From: Deltaproteobacteria bacterium | Lineage (GTDB): Bacteria; Desulfobacterota; Syntrophia; Syntrophales; UBA2185 | Direction of reading: 5' to 3' | DNA length: 64,000 nt | Assembly (NCBI GenBank): GCA_026388545.1 | Contig: JAPLJS010000075.1 | Span: forward strand, 9,103-73,102 | Shown: positions 41,999 through 52,037 of the stretch, one piece after another | Layout of the letters: each line of letters begins with the position of its first letter | How positions within the stretch are numbered: the stretch's first letter is position 1 | Notes under the pieces: generated by a model | Seen by the model: the letters and a program-made list of their open reading frames with translations, nothing else | What the model was told of the DNA's origin: nothing | Databases searched by the model: none | Made by a program: the position numbers and the translations under genes

Positions 41999-43348
41999 TT
42001 ATATCTTCTTTACGATCATACTGAATTCTCTTTTCTTCCAGAAATAAATTATAACGAAAGCAAATACATTAGAAAGAGGTTGTGCCATCCAAACGCCATT
42101 TAAGCCAAAAAATGATGGAAGCAAGAGGAGCATAGGTATCAACAATACCGCATCTCGTATGAGCAACAAAACCATGGATGTTAATCCTTTGCCAAGTCCA
42201 ATGAACATATTGATCCACATAATATTTGGACCGATCAGCAAGAGCATGGAAACGAAGATTCTCAATGCGGGCACGGCTATTTCTAAAAGCTCGGTGTCAT
42301 TGGTGAAGAGTGCAAGAATAGAGTGAGCAAATATTTCGAATAGTAAAAAAACTGTTATAGAAAAAATAACAGATATTTTAACCGCGACATTAACTGTTTC
42401 CATCAGTCGTCCATAGAGTTTGGCGCCTTCATTGAAACCGACCATTGGCATTAATCCTTGTCCCATGCCAAACAAAACCATAACAACAAGTCCATTGATG
42501 CGAAAACAGAGGCCGAGGGTCGCTATGGCAAGTGAGCCGAAGTTAGCGAGGATATGATTATAGACTATCAATACGAGACTAAAGACAAGATTCATTACAA
42601 CAGAAGGAAATCCGGTCTGATAGATAGAAGCTATTATCGATACATTGGGCATCAGATCGCGCCGGTTTAATGCATAACGGGACGACTTTAGATGAAGGTA
42701 ATAAAGAGATAAGAGACCCGCAATAAAATAAGCTAAGACGGCAGAAATTGCTGCACCACGAATACCCATTTGGGGAAATGGCCCCAATCCGAAGATAAGA
42801 AAGGGATCCAAGATCGCGCCGATTATTGACATGGTCAGGATGATATACATGGATGCGCTTGGGTTGCCTTCGGCACGCAAAAGGTTGTTCGCTATCATCA
42901 GGAACAATAAAAAAGGGGAGCCGAAAACAATTGTAACAAGATATTGCCTTGCTAAAGGAAGTATATCTCCGGTAGCGCCAAAGAGAATCAGGATTTTATC
43001 GTGATACGCAAGGGTAATGACGATTATCAGTAATCCCAGTAAAGAGGAGAGGAGAATCGCCTGACCTGCAGTTTGCTTAGCTCTCAGGTGCTGTCCGGCG
43101 CCGAACATGCGGGCTGCAAAGGAGCCGGCGCCGACACCGGTTCCTATACCGATAGCAGCGAACACCATCTGGATAGGAAAACAGATGGTCAATGCTGCCA
43201 TAGCCTGCGGACTGAGTCTGGTCAACCAGAAGGTATCGATGAGATTGTACAGAGCCATTGCAAACATGGCAGAAATGGAGGGCCAGCTCATTTTCAGGAG
43301 CAGGGGGAAGATACGCCCTTTTCCGAGATCAAGGCTTTTGTTTTTCAT
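41999..43348 (-). CDS. MATE family efflux transporter
   Basis: 449-aa ORF predicted to be 12-TM. The N-terminal ...LLKMSWPSISAMFAMALYNLIDTFWL... is typical of MATE/NorM proteins. Confidence 0.8.
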   Translation of the reverse strand: MKNKSLDLGKGRIFPLLLKMSWPSISAMFAMALYNLIDTFWLTRLSPQAMAALTICFPIQMVFAAIGIGTGVGAGSFAARMFGAGQHLRAKQTAGQAILLSSLLGLLIIVITLAYHDKILILFGATGDILPLARQYLVTIVFGSPFLLFLMIANNLLRAEGNPSASMYIILTMSIIGAILDPFLIFGLGPFPQMGIRGAAISAVLAYFIAGLLSLYYLHLKSSRYALNRRDLMPNVSIIASIYQTGFPSVVMNLVFSLVLIVYNHILANFGSLAIATLGLCFRINGLVVMVLFGMGQGLMPMVGFNEGAKLYGRLMETVNVAVKISVIFSITVFLLFEIFAHSILALFTNDTELLEIAVPALRIFVSMLLLIGPNIMWINMFIGLGKGLTSMVLLLIRDAVLLIPMLLLLPSFFGLNGVWMAQPLSNVFAFVIIYFWKKREFSMIVKKI

Positions 43349-43470
43349 ACAGTGCTTATTTTTATTTGATACTGATTTGTGCTAAAATCAACAAATGATG
43401 TAACGCCAAATGTAGGGCGGTATTTGGTATAAATATGTGCCAATCTTACTTTGCATTTATTGTTCGTTAG

Positions 43471-43653
43471 TCAATGTCATTGACTTAAACACTTTGACCC
43501 CCCTCTTTTCTAAAGAGGGGTTGGGGGAGATTTTACGGAATACAATTTAAAATCCCCCTGAATCCCCCTTTACAAAGGGGGAGTTGGTATTACATTAACC
43601 CCCTTTACAAAGGGGGACTTGAAAGAGATAATATTCTTAAGTCAATGACATTG
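43471..43653. mobile_element. MITE copy 2 (183 bp) with a perfect 9-bp target-site duplication
   Basis: Same element as 14095-14241. Ends are TCAATGTCATTGACTTAA... and ...TTAAGTCAATGACATTG. It is flanked by GTTCGTTAG at 43462-43470 and again at 43654-43662. It carries an extra 35-bp module that repeats the CCCCCTTTACAAAGGGGGA hairpin. Confidence 0.8.
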
Positions 43654-43783
43654 GTTCGTTAGTTAAAAATATTAGCTCTGCTTACATCGATTATATATCT
43701 ATTTCAAGAAAATTCATGTATTTGAGACATGATTTTAATCGAGCATATATTACCTTTAACAACAACATCAGGTCACACATTCA

Positions 43784-44698
43784 ATGACATATAATTTGAT
43801 AGTAATTCTGGGAGCAACTGCATCGGGAAAAACTAAACTTGCAGTTCGCCTGGCAAGAGATATGGGATCTGAGATTATATCGGCAGATTCTCGTCAGGTC
43901 TACCGGGGGATGGATATAGGAACCGGCAAGGATTTGAGTGAATATCTGGTTGATGGAGCAGCCATACAGTATCATCTCATAAATATTGTCGATCCGGACT
44001 ATGAATTCAATGTTTTTGAGTACCAGCGGATTTTTTCCCGTTGCTTCAACGATATTTCCTCACGGGGTTTAATGCCTATTATGGTGGGTGGAACCGGTCT
44101 ATACATTGAATCAATAATAAAGGGATACAGGATGCTCGAAGTTCCAGAAAATCCGACACTCAGAAAGGAGCTTGAAAATGAGGATATGCAGAAAATGGTG
44201 GAGCGATTTCGAAAGCTCAATCCTGCTGTTCACAACACCACGGATTTATTGGATAGGAAACGACTTATACGCGCAATAGAAATACTGGAGTATACAAAAT
44301 ATAAAGGAAGTGAACGCAAACCGACCATTCCAATGATACTTCCACTGGTGATCGGTATCCGATGGGAGCGTTCAATATTACGTCAGAGAATTACGAACCG
44401 TCTAAAAGAGAGATTAAGCTCAGGCATGGTTGACGAGGTAAAAAAACTTTATGCCTCCGGAATTGGGTGGGATAAACTTAATTATTTTGGTCTCGAGTAT
44501 CGTTATGTCAGCCTCTATCTCCAGGGTGAGATGAGCTATAATGACATGTTTCATAAACTGAACACTCGTATACACCAATTTGCAAAGAAGCAGGAAACAT
44601 GGTTCAGGCGTATGGAAAAAAACGGGGTTGAAATTCATTGGATAAACGGCGATGATTATGACTCAGTTAAAAAAATAGCTGAATGTATGATGAAATAA
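43784..44698 (+). CDS. miaA: tRNA dimethylallyltransferase
   Basis: 304-aa ORF with P-loop GATASGKT, then IISADSRQVYRGMDIGTGK and VGGTGLY. Confidence 0.9.
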   Translation: MTYNLIVILGATASGKTKLAVRLARDMGSEIISADSRQVYRGMDIGTGKDLSEYLVDGAAIQYHLINIVDPDYEFNVFEYQRIFSRCFNDISSRGLMPIMVGGTGLYIESIIKGYRMLEVPENPTLRKELENEDMQKMVERFRKLNPAVHNTTDLLDRKRLIRAIEILEYTKYKGSERKPTIPMILPLVIGIRWERSILRQRITNRLKERLSSGMVDEVKKLYASGIGWDKLNYFGLEYRYVSLYLQGEMSYNDMFHKLNTRIHQFAKKQETWFRRMEKNGVEIHWINGDDYDSVKKIAECMMK

Positions 44699-44717
44699 AT
44701 CGTGCATTTATTTTATT

Positions 44718-44754
44718 AAAGAGATAACATATCAAGTTAATGTTATCTCTTTTT
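44718..44754 (+). terminator. Rho-independent terminator after miaA
   Basis: 13-bp perfect stem AAAGAGATAACAT / ATGTTATCTCTTT with a 9-nt loop, running into a T-run. Confidence 0.8.
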
Positions 44755-44879
44755 CATACAGTTCGCTCCTTTTAGCTAATATATTCAAGTCAGTATGGTA
44801 CTAGTGGTTAAAAAGGGAAAGTCTAAGTTCGATACTATGAAAATAAGATAATGTTATAATATTATAGAGGAGACCAATC

Positions 44880-45965
44880 ATGGTATACCAAAAATATATA
44901 CGTAACTTCTTTATCGCTGCCTGCCTCATTATGCTTGCATTAGGCGGTTGCGGATCAAAAGAAGAGAAGTCGGGAAGTGAAAAAGCTGAATTACAGAAAC
45001 CGGAGGTTCAGCAGTCAGAACAGTCTTCTTCTGAGTCAACGGTTTCATCATCGATAACGCAATCAGCAGGATCTGGGATCGTCATTGATGTTGACGGCGC
45101 GAAATTGACAAAGGAACAATTGGAATCGGAAGTTAAGAAAAAAATGTCAATAATAAAAAAGCAGGTGCCTGCTGATCGTCAACAGCAAGTCAAAGAGAAT
45201 GTTCGGAAGCAGGTTATTAATGACTTTACAGTAAGGACTCTTCTCGCAAATGAGGTTAACAGACTTAACCTCAGCGTAATCGACAGTGAGGTTACAGAAG
45301 CTGTTGATCGACTTAAGAGCAGCCTTCCTAAAGGTATGACAATTGATGATCTCATGAAGAAGAACAAGATAACTAAGGAAAAAATGCAAGAGGAGATCCG
45401 TTTCGGAATTAAAATCAACAAGCTGGTTCTGTCGCAGATGTCAGGCAAAACTAAACCTACGGAGAAGGAAATAAACAAATTTTATCAAAAGAATAAGGAA
45501 AAGTTTAAGATGCCTGAGTCCGTTCACGTTCGACATATACTCGTGGCAAAGGCAGCCGGAGATGATGATAAGGTAAAAACGGAAAAAAAGACAAAGGCTG
45601 AGGATTTACGAAAACAACTGGTTGCAGGCGCCGACTTTGCCGTTATTGCCAAGAATAATTCTGATTGTCCAAGCAAGCAAACTGGTGGTGATTTAGGTGT
45701 GTTTTCACACGGTGAAATGGTCAAGCAATTTGAAGATGCTGCCTTTTCACAAAAAGTAAATGCCATAGGGCCAGTTGTTGAAACTGAGTTCGGTTACCAT
45801 ATAATCCAGGTCTTAGAGCGGCACGACTCGAAAACACTTAGTCTTGATGACAAGATGAAAGCAAATATTTCTGCCTTTCTCGAACAACAGAAGCAGCAAG
45901 AAGGCTTTGATGCCATGTTGAAAAAATTGAGGTCTAAGGCTAACATCGTCGTTTATCAGAATTAA
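44880..45965 (+). CDS. peptidyl-prolyl cis-trans isomerase, parvulin (PpiC) type, lipoprotein (PrsA/SurA-like)
   Basis: 361-aa ORF with lipobox LALGGCGS. The parvulin domain reads VRHILV...DCPSKQTGGDLGVFSHGEMVKQFEDAAF...FGYHIIQV. Confidence 0.8.
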   Translation: MVYQKYIRNFFIAACLIMLALGGCGSKEEKSGSEKAELQKPEVQQSEQSSSESTVSSSITQSAGSGIVIDVDGAKLTKEQLESEVKKKMSIIKKQVPADRQQQVKENVRKQVINDFTVRTLLANEVNRLNLSVIDSEVTEAVDRLKSSLPKGMTIDDLMKKNKITKEKMQEEIRFGIKINKLVLSQMSGKTKPTEKEINKFYQKNKEKFKMPESVHVRHILVAKAAGDDDKVKTEKKTKAEDLRKQLVAGADFAVIAKNNSDCPSKQTGGDLGVFSHGEMVKQFEDAAFSQKVNAIGPVVETEFGYHIIQVLERHDSKTLSLDDKMKANISAFLEQQKQQEGFDAMLKKLRSKANIVVYQN

Positions 45966-45987
45966 TTTCGTATGAAATACTCCGGCA

Positions 45988-46803
45988 TCAGAACGAGTGT
46001 TTCTTCTCTGGAAAGATGCCATTTCTTACTTCGTCAATATATTGAGTGACGGCCTCCTTCATTTGTACATTTAGATTTGCATAGGACTTGACAAATTTTG
46101 GTATAAATTTTTCAAACATCCCCAGCATATCATGGAGAACAAGCACCTGGCCGTCGCAATCAACACCGGCGCCTATGCCAATTGTAGGTATCGTAAGGGA
46201 TTGTGTAACTTCTTTTGCCAGTGTCGACGGCACACATTCTAAAACAACCGAAAAGGCACCAGCTTCTTCAAGTATCTTGGCATCTTCTATAATTCTTTTC
46301 GCAGCTCTTTCTTCTTTTCCCTGAACTTTGTATCCACCAAACTGGTGAACAGATTGAGGTGTGAGTCCAAGATGTGCCATTACAGGAATCCCCGCCGAGG
46401 TGATTCTTCTCGTGATTTCGGCCACATCTCTGCCTCCTTCGAGTTTTACGCCCTGCGCGCCGGCTTCCTGGAGAAAGCGACCGGCGTTATATAGTGCATC
46501 CTCGACAGAAACCTGATAAGACATAAAGGGCATATCACCGACAACCATAGCGTGTTTTGCTGCACGGGACACTGCCTTTGTATGATGAATCATTTCTTCC
46601 ATGGTAACGGGTAGGGTACTTTCATATCCTAAGACAACCATCCCCAGCGAATCTCCAATGAGTATAATATCGACACCTGCCTCATCGACAATCTGAGCAG
46701 TTGGATAATCGTAGGCTGTCAACATTGAGATTTTTTCGCCCTTTCTTTTCATGTCGCGAATTACGGCGGTTGTGATCTTATTCATGCTGGCCTGTTTGCT
46801 CAT
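45988..46803 (-). CDS. panB: 3-methyl-2-oxobutanoate hydroxymethyltransferase
   Basis: 271-aa [55 protein letters not shown]...[10 protein letters not shown] is the classic PanB sequence. Confidence 0.9.
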   Translation of the reverse strand: MSKQASMNKITTAVIRDMKRKGEKISMLTAYDYPTAQIVDEAGVDIILIGDSLGMVVLGYESTLPVTMEEMIHHTKAVSRAAKHAMVVGDMPFMSYQVSVEDALYNAGRFLQEAGAQGVKLEGGRDVAEITRRITSAGIPVMAHLGLTPQSVHQFGGYKVQGKEERAAKRIIEDAKILEEAGAFSVVLECVPSTLAKEVTQSLTIPTIGIGAGVDCDGQVLVLHDMLGMFEKFIPKFVKSYANLNVQMKEAVTQYIDEVRNGIFPEKKHSF

Positions 46804-47698
46804 TTTCTATACCTCCTTCGAGTATTTTTTTAATAAGCTCTGCGTTGCGGGGTGATAAGGTCTTCTTTTCTAGTCCAAGGTCTGCAGTCAGAATGCCAAG
46901 TATGCTGTACGCCTCTAAAAAAGACGGCATTTTGTTACGCAAGGCATGCATATGCTTTTTTATAGTGCCAATGTCTCCACGCGAGACCGGTCCTGTGAGA
47001 GCTTGTATCGTTCCCTTTGTCTCGATATTACTCATTGTACCCTTAACAAGCGGCCAGAAAGCGCGAACGGCATCCTCATGGTTCAAACCGAGTAACCGGT
47101 AAATCTCTTTAACCATATACATAAGGGTCGTCAAGTAGTTAGACGCAATACATGCTGCAACATGGTAAAGGGGTTTGTCGACGTCGGAAACGAAAAAGGG
47201 AATACCACCCAAGTGCCTCACCATTTGAACTGACCATTCCTTAATTTTCTCTTCGGCAGTAATTCCGAAAGTGCTTCCGGGAATATTTTTAATGGCGCCT
47301 TCTACGTCGGCAAATGACTGAAGGGGATGTATGCAGGCTATGTTGGCGCCGGCATTATGCGCAGATTCAAGAAGATTAAGCCCTCCCGCACCGCTCATGT
47401 GAATGACCTTTTTGCCGGGATTTATACTTCCTTTACTTGATATTTTCTCACAAACAGAGGCAATAGCATCGTCTGAGGTTGTAATGAGAATACATTCAGC
47501 CTGAGCGGCTGCATCAGAAAAGTTCTTATAGGGTTTGCCACCCGTATAGGTTATGCCCCGATTTAGGGAAGAAGCAGATCTGCTAGCGACTGACACTATT
47601 CTATAACCGGATGATTTGAGGAGAAATCCGATTGCCGTACCTACTTTACCGAGCCCCAGGATGGCTACAGTATCTTTTCTCATTGCTTGAATACTCAT
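46778..47698 (-). CDS. Rossmann-fold NAD(P)-binding protein with DUF2520-like C-domain, operonic with panB
   Basis: 306-aa ORF with dinucleotide motif [14 protein letters not shown]. Its 3' end overlaps the panB start by 26 nt. The DUF2520 assignment is by recollection of the family layout. Confidence 0.65.
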   Translation of the reverse strand: MSIQAMRKDTVAILGLGKVGTAIGFLLKSSGYRIVSVASRSASSLNRGITYTGGKPYKNFSDAAAQAECILITTSDDAIASVCEKISSKGSINPGKKVIHMSGAGGLNLLESAHNAGANIACIHPLQSFADVEGAIKNIPGSTFGITAEEKIKEWSVQMVRHLGGIPFFVSDVDKPLYHVAACIASNYLTTLMYMVKEIYRLLGLNHEDAVRAFWPLVKGTMSNIETKGTIQALTGPVSRGDIGTIKKHMHALRNKMPSFLEAYSILGILTADLGLEKKTLSPRNAELIKKILEGGIENEQTGQHE

Positions 47699-47720
47699 AT
47701 AAAGTAACGTGTATGCAATT

Positions 47721-47755
47721 TAAAAAGGCCTTCCAGATAAACCCCGGAAGGCCTT
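47721..47755 (-). terminator. intrinsic terminator inside the 5' leader of the DUF2520-panB operon (attenuator / riboswitch expression platform candidate)
   Basis: The minus strand reads AAGGCCTTCC-GGGGTTTATCT-GGAAGGCC followed by TTTTT. It ends about 25 nt before the start codon at 47698. Confidence 0.6.
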
Positions 47756-47987
47756 AAGATAAAGACGCTCTTATATGACCATTCCGTCTCGGTCCATCTG
47801 TTCGTGGATCCAAGCGGATTGATACACACTATCATATAAGATTATGGGCAGTCAATAGAACAATGCTTGAAACAAACTAAAAACATCAAAATCCAGTGAT
47901 ATTTTCCCCAATGTAACCTTGTAATTGGTTTATCTGTCATATATAACAATTACAAAAGAATCATTATCTTTTATGGAGCCTGAAAAA

Positions 47988-48632
47988 ATGAAACACATTG
48001 ATCTTATGATTTTTGACTTAGATGGAACCCTTGTCAATTCAGGAGAAGACATCGTCACGTCAGTAAATCACACCCTTAAAGCCTTAGATATTAGTACGAA
48101 AATATCAGAGGAGATTCTCGGTTTCGTAGGGGATGGTGTTCAAAAATTGATCGAAAGATCCCTTGGCAAGGATTTTCAACATCTATTTAATGATGCCATC
48201 GGAATATTTTCTGCATACTATGCAGAGCACATGCTCGATACGACATCATTGTGCGACTCTGTTATCGAAATTATGGAGCATTTCCATGATAAAAAAAAGG
48301 TTATTATCACAAATAAACGTAAATATTTTACGCTCGAGATAACAAAAGCTTTGGGAATCTCAAAATACTTCGATGAAATTATCGGGTCGGATAGCACAGA
48401 GTATAAAAAACCCGATCAACGTTTGTTACTTCCGCTTCTTGAAAAATTTAGTGCGAAGTATAGTGATACAGTGGTAATCGGCGACGGCGTCAATGACATA
48501 ATGCTTGCCGGAAATGCGGGAGTTTTGAGTTGTGCCCTTTTAAATGGATTAACAGGAAGAGATATCCTGCTTAACCTTAATCCTGACTTTGCGTGTGAAG
48601 ATCTTTCGGAGTTGATTAGAATATTCAGGTGA
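47988..48632 (+). CDS. HAD-superfamily phosphatase (phosphoglycolate phosphatase-like)
   Basis: HAD motif I is MIFDLDGTLVNS, with VIITNK and a motif IV VVIGDGVNDIMLAGNAG. The track ORF starts at 47925. I prefer the Met at 47988 (or 47973), which puts motif I at the usual distance from the N-terminus. Confidence 0.75.
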   Translation: MKHIDLMIFDLDGTLVNSGEDIVTSVNHTLKALDISTKISEEILGFVGDGVQKLIERSLGKDFQHLFNDAIGIFSAYYAEHMLDTTSLCDSVIEIMEHFHDKKKVIITNKRKYFTLEITKALGISKYFDEIIGSDSTEYKKPDQRLLLPLLEKFSAKYSDTVVIGDGVNDIMLAGNAGVLSCALLNGLTGRDILLNLNPDFACEDLSELIRIFR

Positions 48633-48633
48633 A

Positions 48634-50052
48634 ATGAATTGTAATATTTGCGGTATGATTAATAAAACTAAGAAATACATAGAAAAACATCGTTTGCTTG
48701 AAACGGGGGAGCGTGTTGTCGTTGCAGTTTCCGGAGGACCGGATTCTATTGCCCTATTAAAAGTATTGGAGATGGTTTCTGATGAATATAGACTAACGTT
48801 AATTGCAGCACATCTCAATCATGGACTTCGAGAGGAGGCCGGCTACGAAGAACAATTCGTGCGCGGAATCAGTAACGAAATGATGATTAATTTTGAGTGT
48901 AACACCATAGATATCACATCTATTAAAAAGGGAAGTGGAAAATCCACAGAAGACATAAGCAGGATTGTAAGATACCAGTTTCTCAATGATGTAGCAAAGA
49001 AGTATCAAGCTCAAAAAATCGCACTGGGACATCATCTTAATGATCAAAGTGAGACAGTATTAATAAACTTCTTAAGGGGTAGCGGTCCCGAGGGGTTGAA
49101 GGGAATGTTACCTGTAAGGGATTCGTTGTATATCAGGCCGCTTCTTGGTGTAAGCAGGAATGAAATACTCTCATTTCTGGATTCCCATAAAATACCGTTT
49201 ATGAATGACACATCAAATACCGAAGACGTCTTTCTGCGAAACAGGATCAGACATTTATTAATACCTGAATTAAAGGGAAAATATAATCCTAAACTAGAAG
49301 AAAGCCTCAACAATATGGCGGATATCATGCGTCTGGAAGATGATTATATGAAAATGATTACAGATAATATCTTGTCGGAATGGGATGTTGAACCTGACGA
49401 CGATGAAATTACCATCAGGATATCCGAGCTTAAAAAGTATCATAAAGCCATTCAGCGAAGAATTTTGAAGATCCTTCTGCGTCGGTCAACGCCAAACTCT
49501 CAGGGTATTGGATATCCTCATATAAAGGCAGTTTTAGATTTCGCCTATCGTAATCACCCCAGCGGTTATCTGAATCTCCCTCATAATATAGAGGTGTGTC
49601 GCGAATATGATTCTCTTTTCATTTCCGGGTGGAAAAAATTTGGGAAAATAAATATTGGTGAAAAATGTGATCAACTTTATTTCGAGGTTACATTACCGGG
49701 TTCAGTAAATGTTGCTCAGTTAGGAATAATCATCATATTTTCATTTGTTGAGCCGCCAGTCCAGATAAAAGCTGATGAGAATAATATTGTTTATATGGAT
49801 TATGATAGGATAGTTTTACCACTGATTATAAGAACTGGAAAACCGGGTGACAGGATTCAGCCTCTGGGCATGAAAGGAACAAAAAAGATAAAGTCATTTT
49901 TTATTGATGAAAAGATTCCCATTAATAAACGGAAGAGATTCCCCCTATTATCAGACAAGGAGTCGGTAATATGGATTGTAGGAATGAAACTGAGCGAACG
50001 CGTCAAAATCACGGAAAAAACAAGACAGATACTTAAAGTAGAAATTGTTTGA
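48634..50052 (+). CDS. tilS: tRNA(Ile)-lysidine synthetase
   Basis: 472-aa ORF with the PP-loop VAVSGGPDS, then LIAAHLNHGLR and LGHHLNDQSETVL. Confidence 0.9.
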   Translation: MNCNICGMINKTKKYIEKHRLLETGERVVVAVSGGPDSIALLKVLEMVSDEYRLTLIAAHLNHGLREEAGYEEQFVRGISNEMMINFECNTIDITSIKKGSGKSTEDISRIVRYQFLNDVAKKYQAQKIALGHHLNDQSETVLINFLRGSGPEGLKGMLPVRDSLYIRPLLGVSRNEILSFLDSHKIPFMNDTSNTEDVFLRNRIRHLLIPELKGKYNPKLEESLNNMADIMRLEDDYMKMITDNILSEWDVEPDDDEITIRISELKKYHKAIQRRILKILLRRSTPNSQGIGYPHIKAVLDFAYRNHPSGYLNLPHNIEVCREYDSLFISGWKKFGKINIGEKCDQLYFEVTLPGSVNVAQLGIIIIFSFVEPPVQIKADENNIVYMDYDRIVLPLIIRTGKPGDRIQPLGMKGTKKIKSFFIDEKIPINKRKRFPLLSDKESVIWIVGMKLSERVKITEKTRQILKVEIV

Positions 50053-50163
50053 AATAATAACAAGGTTAATGTAATTGTACATTGATATACTCTAAGGTGA
50101 AAGGGTTTTCAGATTTGGATTGCACCATTTGCCTTAAGACGGTGTGTCAAGAGGGAGGTAATA

Positions 50164-52005
50164 TTGAATTCATTACAAAAAAACATAGCGCTATGGCTGT
50201 TTATTAGTCTCGTATTTGTGTTGCTGTACCATCTTTTCAATCAGCCCAGGAATGCGCAGGAAAATATAATATATAGTGATTTTATAAGCTATGCAGAAAA
50301 AGGGCAGGTTGTTGATGTTACAATTCAGGGCGAAGGTATTACGGGTAAGCTTAATAATGGGAAGAATTTTAAGACATATGCCCCGAAAGATGCTGGGATA
50401 ATTCAACTTCTCAAGGAAAAAGGTGTCAGAATTGCATCTAAGCCTGCCGATGATTCTCCCTGGTATATGAATGTCTTGATTTCCTGGGTACCTATGCTCC
50501 TTCTTATAGGGGTGTGGATATTTTTCATGCGTCAGATGCAGGCAGGTGGAGGCAAGGCAATGGCATTTGGGAAGAGCAAAGCACGTCTCGTTACGGATAA
50601 GACGAAAAAGGTGACATTTGCGGACGTAGCAGGTATCGACGAGGCCAAAGCAGAACTGGAAGAGGTGATCGATTTTCTCAAAGATCCTAAAAAATATACA
50701 AGGCTTGGTGGAAGGATACCCAAGGGTCTTCTCCTTGTTGGGCAGCCGGGTACCGGAAAAACATTACTTGCAAGGGCAATTGCAGGTGAAGCAGAAGTTC
50801 CTTTTCTGAGTATAAGCGGGTCTGATTTCGTCGAAATGTTTGTTGGTGTCGGGGCCTCCCGGGTAAGAGATCTCTTCGAACAAGGTAAAAAAAATGCCCC
50901 ATGCATTATCTTTATTGATGAGATTGATGCTGTAGGCAGACACAGAGGTGCAGGCTTGGGTGGTGGTCATGATGAAAGAGAACAGACATTGAATCAGCTT
51001 CTTGTGGAAATGGACGGGTTTGAATCAAATGAGGGAGTAATTCTTGTATCAGCAACGAACCGACCCGATGTCCTTGATCCTGCACTCCTCAGGCCTGGGA
51101 GGTTTGACAGACAGGTCATGGTTCCCCTTCCAGATGTTAAAGGCAGGGAAAAGATTTTAGTAGTGCATACAAAGAAGACACCTCTTTCAGATAATGTTGA
51201 TTTTGCTGTAATCGCAAGAGGAACTCCGGGGTTTTCAGGCGCCGACATCGAAAATCTTGTCAATGAAGCAGTTCTTTATGCAGCACGATACGGTAAAGAT
51301 AATGTCACTATGAGTGACTTCGAATTTGCAAAAGACAAGGTTATGATGGGCGCCGAAAGAAAAAGTATGGTGATTAGTGATGCAGAAAAAAGAAACACGG
51401 CTTACCATGAATCCGGTCATGCTTTGGTGGCGAGATTATTGCCGGGGAGCGATCCTATACATAAAGTGACCATTATCCCCAGAGGCATGGCTTTGGGATT
51501 GACGCAACAATTACCTGTTGATGAGAAACATACCTATCCCAAGCAGTATCTTTTGAACAACATCGTCATTCTTTTAGGTGGCAGAGCAGCAGAAGAGCTG
51601 ATCTTGAACGAATTTACCACAGGTTCCGGAAACGATATAGAGCGGGCGACAAACCTTGCCAGAAAGATGGTATGCGAATGGGGCATGAGCGAGGAAATGG
51701 GGCCTCTGAGCTACGGGAAAAAAGAAGAACAGATATTTCTCGGACGTGAAATTGGAGCACACAAAGATTACAGTGAAAAAACTGCTCAAAGAATCGACAA
51801 AGAAATAACACGATTAGTTTCAGATAGTTACGAAAAAGCAAAGAAACTTCTATCAGATCATATCGATATCCTCAACAAGATTGCATCGGAACTCCTTGAA
51901 AAAGAGGTATTGAATACTGCCGAGTTAGACGACATTATCCGGTCAAAAATGGGAGAGAGGGAAGAAACAGGAAATTTAAAACTGCAACAAAAGTCAGCAA
52001 ATTAG
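50164..52005 (+). CDS. ftsH: ATP-dependent zinc metalloprotease FtsH
   Basis: 613-aa ORF with a TTG start and GAGGGAGG upstream. It has an N-terminal TM, Walker A GQPGTGKT and Walker [10 protein letters not shown]. The SRH reads [20 protein letters not shown] and the protease motif is HESGHA. Confidence 0.95.
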   Translation: MNSLQKNIALWLFISLVFVLLYHLFNQPRNAQENIIYSDFISYAEKGQVVDVTIQGEGITGKLNNGKNFKTYAPKDAGIIQLLKEKGVRIASKPADDSPWYMNVLISWVPMLLLIGVWIFFMRQMQAGGGKAMAFGKSKARLVTDKTKKVTFADVAGIDEAKAELEEVIDFLKDPKKYTRLGGRIPKGLLLVGQPGTGKTLLARAIAGEAEVPFLSISGSDFVEMFVGVGASRVRDLFEQGKKNAPCIIFIDEIDAVGRHRGAGLGGGHDEREQTLNQLLVEMDGFESNEGVILVSATNRPDVLDPALLRPGRFDRQVMVPLPDVKGREKILVVHTKKTPLSDNVDFAVIARGTPGFSGADIENLVNEAVLYAARYGKDNVTMSDFEFAKDKVMMGAERKSMVISDAEKRNTAYHESGHALVARLLPGSDPIHKVTIIPRGMALGLTQQLPVDEKHTYPKQYLLNNIVILLGGRAAEELILNEFTTGSGNDIERATNLARKMVCEWGMSEEMGPLSYGKKEEQIFLGREIGAHKDYSEKTAQRIDKEITRLVSDSYEKAKKLLSDHIDILNKIASELLEKEVLNTAELDDIIRSKMGEREETGNLKLQQKSAN

Positions 52006-52037
52006 AGAGATCCTGTTTACATTATATTGCATAAATA

